Shown here: piece after piece, positions 40,177 through 50,224 of the stretch | How the letters are laid out: every line of letters starts with the position of its first letter | How positions within the stretch are numbered: the stretch's first letter is position 1 | From: Corallochytrium limacisporum Hawaii | Taxonomy: Eukaryota > Protista > Pluriformea | Length of the DNA: 64,000 nt | Reading direction: 5' to 3' | Assembly: GCA_002811645.1 (NCBI GenBank) | Contig: PDIP01000005.1 | Location: 321,165-385,164 of the forward strand | Program-made: the position numbers and the translations under genes | Notes under the pieces: generated by a model | What the model saw: the letters and a program-made list of their open reading frames with translations, nothing else | Databases searched by the model: none | Told to the model about the DNA's origin: nothing

Positions 40177-41607
40177 ATGACCGACAACAAGTCCGGCGCA
40201 GTGCGTACACGGATTCTGGCATTCCATACGGGCGCCGGGTCGTACAAACGGGAAACATTGCAAAAGATTTCGGACCATTTCAAAGTACTGGCGAATCGTG
40301 TCCGGACCTTCCCCCAGAGAGATTCCTCTGCCGGGGAAGTCCCTTTCCAAGATCTAGCCATTCTGATATCTAAACTTGAAGAAGCACAGTATATCAATGC
40401 TGGCTGGTCATCTGCTCGTGATTTCAGTGGGCAAATCACCACAGAAGCATCGGTATGCTCGTGCTGCATTGCCGGAAGCACTGAGACTTGCAACGGGTCA
40501 TCAGTCTCCAACATGACGAATCTGTACAAACCATCGCTGGTGGTTGCACAGCTCTATGCCATGAAATTCTCGCCACAAGGTCTGACAATTCCTAGCATGT
40601 GTTCTGGAGACAATTTCTGGCATCATCTGCAACAGACGGATGAAGTAACTAAGTTTGGTTCTACACAGTACCGAATCAGTGCAGCGGGACTGCAGGATCA
40701 GACTGTATGGCAAGGCAGTCCGGTACTAGGCGATCATCCACACTACAAGGACATCCAAAGGTCAGAGAGAAAGTGGAAGAAATACTTAAGGAGATACCAG
40801 TCAGTACCAGAAATCCTGAAAGACCGAGCGCACCTGCAGGACGATGATGATGGGGCCCAGAAGCCCAGTACGTCAACTAGTGCAAAGGTCATCAATAGAA
40901 GGAAACGCATCTCGACAGATCCAGAAAATGTGGAAGATGGTCCTCCGCGGAAATCAGCCAGACCTAAAAACAGATCGGTGAAACCTCAGGGAGAACTGAC
41001 TTCTTTAACAGCATCGGAAGATGACCTGGGCAGCATGGACACCTGCGGCGGCCTTCAGTTGGATACGGATGGACACATCCATGTCATGTGCAGCAGTGGT
41101 GGTATGCCCATGCGTGTGCCCGGACGCATCGGCAGTGCTGCCATCCTGGGTGCCGGTGTTTGGGCAACTTGCGACCACAACAGGGACTGGGCAATTGGAG
41201 TTACTTGCAGCGGTCATGGGGAAGTCATTTCTGACCACCATCTGGCGCGGAAGATATGTGAGGACTTTGCTCTCATTCAAACTTCAGCAAGTCAGAATAT
41301 TAAAGCCATGACCGCGAAACTGCAAGAGATAGCGAGTGCCCGGGTTCTTGCGGCAGGTCGAGATACTCGGATCTGGAAGGCTACAAGCAGTTGTGGATTG
41401 CATAAGCTTGGTGCTTTAATCATGTACCGGTTTCAAAACGAATGCGGTGTACATGCTATTACAACGAGGCCAACCGAAATGCCCTGCGGTGTGTCCGAAA
41501 CGCTGCCAGTGGTGGTTCGCAAAGATGGTAATGAGGACCTTACGAATACTCTCGTCTGGCTTGGTCGCTTTGACGCGGAAGTCTCATCTGATCCTGCAGC
41601 AGAATGA
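40177..41607 (+). CDS. TASP1: Threonine aspartase (taspase-1, asparaginase-2 family)
   Basis: HTGAG, INAG..S...G....EASV, autoproteolysis site MD|TCG, SSGG..MRVPGRIGSAAILGAG, CSGHGE. Confidence 0.82.
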   Translation: MTDNKSGAVRTRILAFHTGAGSYKRETLQKISDHFKVLANRVRTFPQRDSSAGEVPFQDLAILISKLEEAQYINAGWSSARDFSGQITTEASVCSCCIAGSTETCNGSSVSNMTNLYKPSLVVAQLYAMKFSPQGLTIPSMCSGDNFWHHLQQTDEVTKFGSTQYRISAAGLQDQTVWQGSPVLGDHPHYKDIQRSERKWKKYLRRYQSVPEILKDRAHLQDDDDGAQKPSTSTSAKVINRRKRISTDPENVEDGPPRKSARPKNRSVKPQGELTSLTASEDDLGSMDTCGGLQLDTDGHIHVMCSSGGMPMRVPGRIGSAAILGAGVWATCDHNRDWAIGVTCSGHGEVISDHHLARKICEDFALIQTSASQNIKAMTAKLQEIASARVLAAGRDTRIWKATSSCGLHKLGALIMYRFQNECGVHAITTRPTEMPCGVSETLPVVVRKDGNEDLTNTLVWLGRFDAEVSSDPAAE

Positions 41608-41745
41608 AATACATGTTCCCTTATCAGGAGTATCGTTACATACATTCATCGCTCATCTACGTTTTATTTTCACACTGGAAAACGCGTCTGAGTCCGAATT
41701 CTTGACAGAACAGGCAGCGTATTCAGTTCGAGATTCACGCGGTCC

Positions 41746-43923
41746 CTATGCCAAAAACTTTTCAGCCAAGGCGGCACTGGCCTTAGCAACATCGTCCGTG
41801 TTTAGCTCCTTGAGCGCGTTATTGTCAATATCTGTGGAGGTGGAAATCGCAGCCGTGAACTTGCGGGCGAAACGCAAACCGACCTTTGCAACATCTGAGG
41901 CACCCTGTAGTTCGGGGTACGCGGCGTTCGCACCCTTGAGGTCACCGTCGACCTGGCCACTAAGCACTGCCTGTACCACGATGCCTGGCACGGTCACAAA
42001 CTCAATATCGAAGGGCATGAATGTGTATAGATTGCGGTACTCACTGGGCTTCAGGAATACCCGGTCGCTGAGAAGCAAATGCGTCACCGTGCACTCCAAC
42101 ATGTGTCGCATCATTGTCTGCATGCCAGAGTAGAGCGAATGAAACTGCAACAAGTCCAGGGACAGTTCAGGTTTCTCTGCACGTTCCTGCCACGCCTTGC
42201 TGTTGGCACTGACCCTGCTTAGAATACTGAGTCGGCCGAGAAGCATGGCCTCTCGCTCACCATCCTTCAGCTCTGGCAGCTGACGATTCTTGACGGTAAT
42301 GTAATGATCCGCTGTCATCAAGCCAGCCTTCACTAGCTCCACGCACACAAGGCTCATATCCAGCCGCTCATCGTCCATTTTCTGCAGCAATTCACCCCAT
42401 GGTGTGAGAGTACCGTCATCATTCAGGTATCCTAGGTGGTGCATCATGCGTCCGAGGGCATGGATTAGTACTTCTGCAGCGCTAGTTGATCCCCGCTCGC
42501 CGTCCTTCCATGTGCTGTTAATTCCAACTTGATGTCCAGTTTCTGCGTTTCCGTTGGCTTCGCCAGCCTTGAGTCCTTGCTGGGCTTTGAAGAATGTACT
42601 AGTCTTTTGCAGATAGTCCGCCATCTGGGCGATGCTCTGGTTCTGTTGCTCGAAAATCTGGGCCTTGGGAACATAAAAGCCCTGGAACTCACCCTTCAGG
42701 TTCTGATCTGCTTTGAACATCATGGGGTTCTCCGGTGCGAACCAACGAATGATACGCATGTCATTCGTCTTTAAGGATTCATCATTGCATACGGCAACAA
42801 GCAGCGAAAGCGCGGTCTGCCGCATGGGTGTTAAGGTCTCCAGCAATGATCTATATGCCAGTGAGGATCCACCGCAAAGAGGTGCGTGGTCCAGGATCCA
42901 GCGGTGGCAAATATTGTTTAGTAGGACAGTGCTCAGGATGCCGAAGCCAGCCAAGAAATAAAGCGAATCTGGCACTCGATTGCCCAGGACGTTTGCCATG
43001 TCACTGGGAGCTTCTTCCGAGTTCATGACGGAACAGCTCTTTCCAGGAATGGTGACCGGGTGATGCTTGATCAAAGCTGCAGCCCGCTGGAAAGCATCGC
43101 TGTAGTCCACGTGCCCTGTGCTCATCACATACGCGCGCACGGCCTCGTAGCCGACATGGTAGTTCCTGATTGTATCAATGGCGCGTTGGAAACTAAAGTC
43201 GTGCTCTGCGATAGGCGGAAAGGTGGGTACCCACTCAAATCCAGCAAGCATACAGGCTTCAATAAACTGCTCTCTGCTGTCAAATCCCATTGTAGGCAGT
43301 GCCGATGCAATGTCGACCCATTCAAATGTGCCCTGTGAAAGGTCCCAGTGAGTGATTAAGCGGTCTGCACCAAACAGCAAGCACTCCAAGTTGCCGTAGA
43401 TGGCGTGTGCGAAGCGAGTCGGTCCCACACTTTCCAGCCAGCACAATTGCGGCCAAGCGCTGTAGCAAGCTCTCATGCATTCTGCTCCACAGCTGATGAG
43501 TACCTTCATCGCGAAGTTCACAATATCAATAGTGATGACCGTGGTCTGCATCCAGTTATCACGGGCAGGATCACGCCTTCCCTGCCGATACATGTCCCAT
43601 GCATTTACCCGCTTCTCTCCTTTGAGAGCACCACTTCGCATGACCTGTTGGATCTGTGAGTCCTTCTTCGCGACCTGCATGCCACTAAAGACGAAGATAG
43701 GTGTTATGTTCGCATCAACCAACTGTTTGTATCCCTTTCTAAGCTTATCTTCCAGCTGCAATGGAATGCCACCTGTTGGAGTCTGATAAGGTTCTCTTCC
43801 CAGGTGGTCCCTTAGGAATTGGAAGGCATCAATGGCCACATTAGCATTCTTTAGCACCGTAAGTTTCTCGGACTTGATCAGTCCATGGGACTGGAGATAC
43901 GTATATAGGCCGTTTACCACCAT
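41746..43923 (-). CDS. MKT1: MKT1-like post-transcriptional regulator (XPG/PIN-fold N-terminus)
   Basis: VAIDA...EP....GGIP..LE...ITPIFVFSG, RACYSAWPQLCWL, AIYG..ECLLFG.DRLI, FIEACMLAG, PSDMANVLGNRVPDSLYF. ATG at 43923. Confidence 0.8.
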   Translation of the reverse strand: MVVNGLYTYLQSHGLIKSEKLTVLKNANVAIDAFQFLRDHLGREPYQTPTGGIPLQLEDKLRKGYKQLVDANITPIFVFSGMQVAKKDSQIQQVMRSGALKGEKRVNAWDMYRQGRRDPARDNWMQTTVITIDIVNFAMKVLISCGAECMRACYSAWPQLCWLESVGPTRFAHAIYGNLECLLFGADRLITHWDLSQGTFEWVDIASALPTMGFDSREQFIEACMLAGFEWVPTFPPIAEHDFSFQRAIDTIRNYHVGYEAVRAYVMSTGHVDYSDAFQRAAALIKHHPVTIPGKSCSVMNSEEAPSDMANVLGNRVPDSLYFLAGFGILSTVLLNNICHRWILDHAPLCGGSSLAYRSLLETLTPMRQTALSLLVAVCNDESLKTNDMRIIRWFAPENPMMFKADQNLKGEFQGFYVPKAQIFEQQNQSIAQMADYLQKTSTFFKAQQGLKAGEANGNAETGHQVGINSTWKDGERGSTSAAEVLIHALGRMMHHLGYLNDDGTLTPWGELLQKMDDERLDMSLVCVELVKAGLMTADHYITVKNRQLPELKDGEREAMLLGRLSILSRVSANSKAWQERAEKPELSLDLLQFHSLYSGMQTMMRHMLECTVTHLLLSDRVFLKPSEYRNLYTFMPFDIEFVTVPGIVVQAVLSGQVDGDLKGANAAYPELQGASDVAKVGLRFARKFTAAISTSTDIDNNALKELNTDDVAKASAALAEKFLA

Positions 43924-44886
43924 TCTGGATCTAGATGGTTTGGTATCGAGCACCGATATATCGACTCTATGTTCTATACATCAAAGGCAGTTGTCTCGCC
44001 GTTCATCTCCCCAATATCTATCTTAAGCCCCGTACTTTCTTGCGTCGTTGCTCTGCACTTTCTTGTAACCAAAGTCTTGCCATCGTCACCTTGCCTTTCT
44101 AAATATCGCCAAATACCTTCGAACACAACTTCTGGATTCCAAAGTACGCATGGTCGGAAAAGCAAGCCCGCGCGGTTCATATTGTCCCACAGTGTTTCTC
44201 TTCGCGCGACAGTGCCAATGTTCGTTTGGGGGGCATGCCAGCACGCTCACTGTCACGCACACGCACGCACAGGGTACACCAGTTTGCGATACTTTTAACC
44301 CGTAGAGGAAACCAGCAAGGCCACCCGCCCGGCGGGCACCCGTGCATGGGGCAAAACCCTAGGCAAGGCGGGCCCCCGGGCAAACGGGCTTTGTTCGCTT
44401 TCCTTTGTTTCGCTTACGTGCGCAATGTGCCAAAAGCAGAGAGGGGGAGGGACAGCAGCGGCAATTTGAAACACCGCACAGTCTCACACCGGTCCCCACA
44501 AACGGGTGTTACTGGCTGGTTGGGGTTCGAAGCGAGTGATGGCTCGAAGCAGGAGACCTCCCGCGATCCAAATGTTTTTACTCTGTTGTTCCTTTGAAAC
44601 AGTGAGGAGGCCACGAGGCTTTAATAGGGAGAGGGAAGAGGGAAGTCCTGAGGTTAGAGCCGGTGATCTGGGCTGAGATCGCAGAGGGGAACAGAGAGAG
44701 GTTTCGAGATCGCGGCCTGGTAGGCCTCGCCCTGGGCCGAGATCACAAGTAACGCAAGAAATTAAGAGAGACCACGAATTGTCGATACTCTTACTAATCG
44801 AAGGTACCTGAGGTGTCGTGGTCGACGAGCGTAAGCAATAAACATACCGCAATGTAAGATCTTAGTTGAAGGGTTCAAATGAGGCA

Positions 44887-45081
44887 ATGGAACTTCTGAA
44901 AAGATTTGGCAAGGCGTTCATTGCCGCTGAGTTGGCGGGTCTTCTGGGTTCGTATTATATCTTTTCGAAGTTGAACCATGACGTCGAAGCTCGCATTTGG
45001 ATGCGAAAGAATTGCCCACCAGTAATGGACTCGTTCAACCAATTTGTGAAGCTAATGGGCAAAGAGCCGCCGAACCCTTAA
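44887..45081 (+). CDS. Small single-TM protein, CEBPZOS-like (64 aa)
   Basis: KRFGKAFIAAELAGLLGSYYIFSKLN..R..M..CP resembles recalled CEBPZOS [26 protein letters not shown]..M...YP. Confidence 0.7.
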   Translation: MELLKRFGKAFIAAELAGLLGSYYIFSKLNHDVEARIWMRKNCPPVMDSFNQFVKLMGKEPPNP

Positions 45082-45340
45082 AGCGGCCAAACGATATTGA
45101 TAACGTACTAAAGAATCATCCACTTCAGCATTCTTACTGATTAAAGAAACTAATGACGTTGGAAATATCTTAATTGTATACTTTTTGACTTATCTATATA
45201 TTGAAACAAAGACATTGGTTCATATCTCTAAGAGGGAACACTATCGAATGTTGTTTTGCGGTGTGTACTCAGTGAACAGATGATGTGCGGACATGTGATG
45301 ATTGATGCTTTCGAAATTTCTTGCATAGTACTTATAGTGC

Positions 45341-46135
45341 CTAAAACAGGATGTCCTGATCTTGACCTGCGTTGTCTGCATCATCCAGGACACTTGGCTG
45401 ACCGGCCGTAGGATCGTCGTAGGCTCCCCCTGTACCCGACGATGGTACTTTCTGATCTCCTTGTGCGGCTAGAGCGGCTTCCTCTTCCTCGGCACGGGCA
45501 AGGCGCTCAGCTTTCTTTTGCTTGACCTTCTTCAGACGGAAGAACTCTTCACGATCCTGCTCGTCGAGCTCATCGGTGATGTATGCAATTGTGTTCTGAA
45601 TACGGGGAATAATGACGTACTCGATTGCATTCACACGGCGGTTGGTGGCCTTGATGGCGTCATCGAGAGTAATGAAGGCAGTTTGCAGAGATGCCAGCTC
45701 GATCAGGAGCTCAATAGCCTCAATGTACTGATCGCGACACTTCTGTACGGCCTGACCACCCTTGCCCAGGCCTGTGAGCTTAAATCCAGTCTCACCTTCT
45801 TCGTAGTGCTCGAAAGACGGAATGATAACGCCGGCAATGTTTTCCTTTTTCGTGCGCACCTTGACGACAGGCTTGTCTACCTGTTCAATAATTCCCTGAG
45901 AGAAATCGCCTGCAGCAAAGCGGGCCTCAGCCAAAGAGATGGCAGAGTTGCGCATAAGATCACCCATGGCTTTCTTGTTGTCCACAATCTTGTGCAGAAC
46001 GGAACGGAAACGAATCTGTAGAGCATCCGCTTTCTTCTTCAGCAAAGAGTGACCCTTCTGAGCTCCTTTAAGACGACTCTTCATGGTTGACAACGCCATA
46101 CGCGTTGGGAAAATGGGAATCTTGTCACCCGGCAT
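45341..46135 (-). CDS. ATP6V1D: V-type ATPase V1 subunit D
   Basis: [64 protein letters not shown]. Confidence 0.97.
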   Translation of the reverse strand: MPGDKIPIFPTRMALSTMKSRLKGAQKGHSLLKKKADALQIRFRSVLHKIVDNKKAMGDLMRNSAISLAEARFAAGDFSQGIIEQVDKPVVKVRTKKENIAGVIIPSFEHYEEGETGFKLTGLGKGGQAVQKCRDQYIEAIELLIELASLQTAFITLDDAIKATNRRVNAIEYVIIPRIQNTIAYITDELDEQDREEFFRLKKVKQKKAERLARAEEEEAALAAQGDQKVPSSGTGGAYDDPTAGQPSVLDDADNAGQDQDILF

Positions 46136-47665
46136 GTTTATGTAGTTGAGCTCAAAACCCTCAGACTATAATGTACGCAAACCCTACTCCAACAAATTCA
46201 AAGTGGAGAACAGAGGAGACCTACTGTCTCCTGGCCCGAATTGATGTATATGCCTTTCTTGATGAGACTCTGTCCCGTGGTGGTCAGCAACAAAGGACCG
46301 TCTCTATTCCTTTACTGTTCATATGCCCTCAGCATGATTTACTTTCACGCGGCTCCAACTCATTGTTTGCCTGATATAGTATACCTTCTTAGCATCGAGA
46401 AGGCAAACAAACATCGAAATCCAACCACCGAATTCTTATGCAGATCTAAGAGAACATCCCTGTACCAACAGCTCCCATGCACCAAATGCGAGTCATGCCT
46501 AGATCACTTCACAATCTCTCCCTCAACTGGGGCGGCACCAGACCCGGACTGCTTACACACCCGTACTAGTGAGTGTGGCTGTTGCCGGCCCGCCTTGGCC
46601 TTTGTTTTTTTTGTTTGCCGCACACTGGCATCGGGTCAGTACTGAAACTCCCTTACAATTCACTAAAGGTGTCAGAAGCGTTCGAGGCCCGTGTCCCTCG
46701 TTATGTCCCGTGGCGGTGTATACAACAGAGATTCTTCACTGCTGCCCACTTCTTCCCTTGCAAGTAGTCGGCCCGTGAGAGAGAGCAAAGAAAGTCACAA
46801 GCAAACAGGTTTGCCTAAGGCTCACTACAATGACTCACGCCCTGCCATAAGTTCAAAACCCATCTCCCAATCCGTGCTGCTTGGTCCGCCGTGCGCCGCA
46901 CCCACCAGCACTCACGTATGCCGTGATCTCCCTCACTTGGGCGGCAGCCAGTGTCGTGAACCCATTGAAGTTGAACGGGTTCTCCAGCAAACCCGCTGTG
47001 GGAATAGAGATTATGGCAAATCTGTGCAAGGCATCCCTATACATTCGATAAGGGAATCGAAACTGTAATCATTGAAGGGAGGAGTTTAAAGACGTACAGA
47101 TAGACATCGAGAGTTGGACTTGTTTGTGTACACCGGAACCCCCCCACCCGAAGCCAAAACAAAAACAATCAAAATCCAAGGATCTGGATCGGCATAGTAC
47201 CAGTACTTAATTTAGTATAATTACTATTGACAGGGTGTTCAGTTATTGTTGCACGAGGTTTTCAGTTAATTTATTTTTGGGCAACGAAAGGGCGTTATTT
47301 TAACTTTTCTCGTTCTCCCCTCTAATTGATACGGAGACGCGAAATATCACGGTGGAGCGATAGGCATATGAACCGGGGTAAAGTGAATCCTGGAAATGGC
47401 GGGGCTTGGGGGCCCGGGGTGGAGAAAGTGGCTGGTACGCGGGCGAACCAAACGACAGTTGGAATGGTTGCGGCCGGATCATCTCGGAGGAGGTGTTGCG
47501 GCCAACTATCAGTGTTACATGAGCGTGGTATAGTATGGTAGCGATAATGTATTGGTCATGCATACCGTCGAAGGTGTTTGAGGTGTATCGCAAAGCCGTA
47601 GAACTACTGTATCGAAGAGGTCCCAAGTAAGGTAGTAGGGATTGCTAGGAACAAAGTAAATACTC

Positions 47666-48739
47666 ATGCCAACCATGACACAGCCGCCAATTGCATTGCT
47701 GCAGCGTCTGGCTGCGGCCTCGGTCTGTGTTGCGGAAGCCAGTGGTCTGGTTATTCGTGAAATTTTGAAGAAAGGTGATCTTGGGGTAGTGGACAAGGGT
47801 GCTGCCCAGAACGAAGACTTTGATCCGCAAACGGAAGCGGACCGCAGAGCCCAACAGCTCATTGTTGCAACTCTTTCCAAGGAATTTCCGATGGTTCACC
47901 TGGTTGGTGAAGAAGATGATATTGTAAGTATATGAGCAAAAGTAGAAATTTGAATGAGTAGCGATGAACATGTATCACTAACCTTTTTTGAAATCCTTGT
48001 TACTATTCTGCAGGACGAACGTATGGACAACTTTGATATTCAGAAGCTCCTCCGTCGGGTGGAGTCTAACGTAGAGCCGACCATCAAGGAGATTTTGAGC
48101 AAAAAACTTATGGGTGATCTTGCTAATTTGCACGAGGACGAGGTCACAGTATGGATCGATCCTCTAGATGGTACTCGGGAGTTCACGGATGGTTTCCATG
48201 ACCGGGTCACTGTGCTGATCGGCATTGCAGTCCAGGACGAGCCCGTGGGTGGCATTATTCACCAGCCATTTTATAAGGAGAACGAGGGACGAACTTTATG
48301 GGGTGTCAAGGGAATAGGATACGGCGGCTTTACTCCGCCAGAGGCGCCCACAAACACTAGCACCCGAAGAATTGCTGTGACCCGTACACATTGGACAGAC
48401 AAGATCAAGAAAGTGATTGACGATCTCAAGCCTACAGAAATCATCAAGGCCGGTGGAGCCGGCAACAAGATTGTCATGATGCTGGACGGTGATGCAGATG
48501 CGTACATTTACCCCTCCAAGGGGACAAAGAAATGGGATACCTGTGCGGGAGAGGCCATCTTGCGAATGTGTGGTGGCGCATTGACCGACACGCGAGGCAA
48601 GAAGTACACTTATGGCTACTACTCGGAAGCTCAAAATCTTCATGGCGTGGTTGCCGTCTTGCACAACCATGGTCACTATCTGAAGCAGGTTATGGAAAGT
48701 ATTGGCCCTCAGAATGAGAATGGCGACTCCAAGATCTGA
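47666..48739 (+). CDS. BPNT1: 3'(2'),5'-bisphosphate nucleotidase; exons 47666-47923 and 48014-48739
   Basis: DPQTEADRRAQ, VGEED, WIDPLDGTREF, VTVLIGIA, GGAGNK, KKWDTCAGEA. Removing a phase-0 intron joins the two ORFs. Confidence 0.92.
47924..48013 (+). other. Spliceosomal intron, 90 nt
   Basis: GTAAGT donor, CACTAAC branch point at 47976-47982, TTCTGCAG acceptor; contains an in-frame stop; AT-rich. Confidence 0.9.
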
Positions 48740-50224
48740 TTCAACATTCTCGGCTCTCTCCATATCCATTGTACGTAACACAGACACACAAATTCCCTAA
48801 GAAGCACATTATACACTGTTTTTCTGCATGTGAATGTACAGTCATGACTATTCTTATGTCGTTCTTCGTGAATTATTGGCCTACCACATCAGAAATGCGT
48901 GTCCAACATGATGCCGAGATACACAAGCGGCCTCCCTCTTGGTCCGTTCGGGTTTTCCATTTGAAATCCATGATTCGAATATTCCATTAGTTAAAGTCCA
49001 CTTTATCCTCAAGGGGGTTGGTTGGTTTCCTTTGCCTGCCTAAAGGAAGGGTCATCGGAAAGAGGGGAGGGGACGGTGTAAGGGCGAGAGGGGTTTCGGG
49101 GGACACAGCGGCAGAGCCTGGGGTGGGGCGGATTTTTCTTTCCGGTACCGTATCTCCCCAATTTTTATTGTTCTCTTTTGTCTTTTTCTTTTCTTTAAGG
49201 TCTCCCCTCCGCTTTGGCTTACTATGTGGCTTTCCTGGTTGGGTGCGATGAACGTCCATCGCCAGTCAGCAAGATTACCCTGGCCCGATACATTTTCTGG
49301 GGCGGGTTTTTCCCGACGGCTCTATCTGCATATTCCCCACCCCCCCTTCCCAGCAGCCCCCCGTCTCCCCCCGGGGGCCTTCCCCTTCTTCTTTTTAGTG
49401 AAGGGTCCAAGTCTCAGAGCAGCGGGAGCAGCGGGCCGTGCCGGTCCGGCGGCTGCAAAAAATAAACCAAAAATCCCCTCCGCCGGGGAGTTATAGGCGC
49501 GGATAGGTCAGTTCAGTTTATGTACAAACGTTCATATATGGACTATATGGAGTTCTAGATGATGAGTTCATAATGGGTGAATTATCGGAAAACACCTCAG
49601 TGGGTCTTGGGGCCTGTGAGGTGGCGGCGCCCCCGCTCTTGACCGGGGAACGCGCGGGGACTTGGGGAGGCCAGCAGTAAAGACACCTCGCCTCCTTTTA
49701 CACAGCTTTTCCGTAGGCCGAGTCCGCATTTGGTTGATAATGTATAAGCAATTTGGAACACTTTGCACAATTTCCTTTTGATCTCTTGCCCCATTGGGCT
49801 GCAATGTTCTCCCCTCCCCCCCCCCCGGGGGGGGAGGAGGGGTTGCCGCCAGTGACGTGCTCCTCTGCTACCGTAAGTCGGGAGCGCAAGGACAAAGTTG
49901 TTCAGGTTGGCAGCAGTCGGTGCCCAGATGACTAAAGCTTCCTGTGGCTGTTGGTTAAGTGGCGCACTTAGCCTGTGTGGTATGTGTCTATGGGGAATGC
50001 ATAATGGATAAGGTATAAGGGTAGGAAGTGGATTCGAACAAGCCGACGACTGTACTCGTGGCAGGTTATAAGGCGAGATACTTTGAGTGGTTCAGTTGAT
50101 ACAGGTGTGGGTATTTGCAGGACACAAAGGAGATATGTCCCTGTGAACAAGACATCTGGATTGTGGACGGGCCATTTTACTGGTATAGCCACAGGATAAA
50201 TTTCAAAACCAAAGACAGATAGAA

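Noticed and set aside
32306-41607. SET1 near taspase-1 as an enzyme-substrate pair
   Set aside because: Taspase cleaves MLL-type proteins and TFIIA; I see no QxD|G site in this SET1.
41447-42133. 228 aa ORF overlapping the TASP1 and MKT1 ends
   Set aside because: Mostly antisense to MKT1 with no independent evidence.
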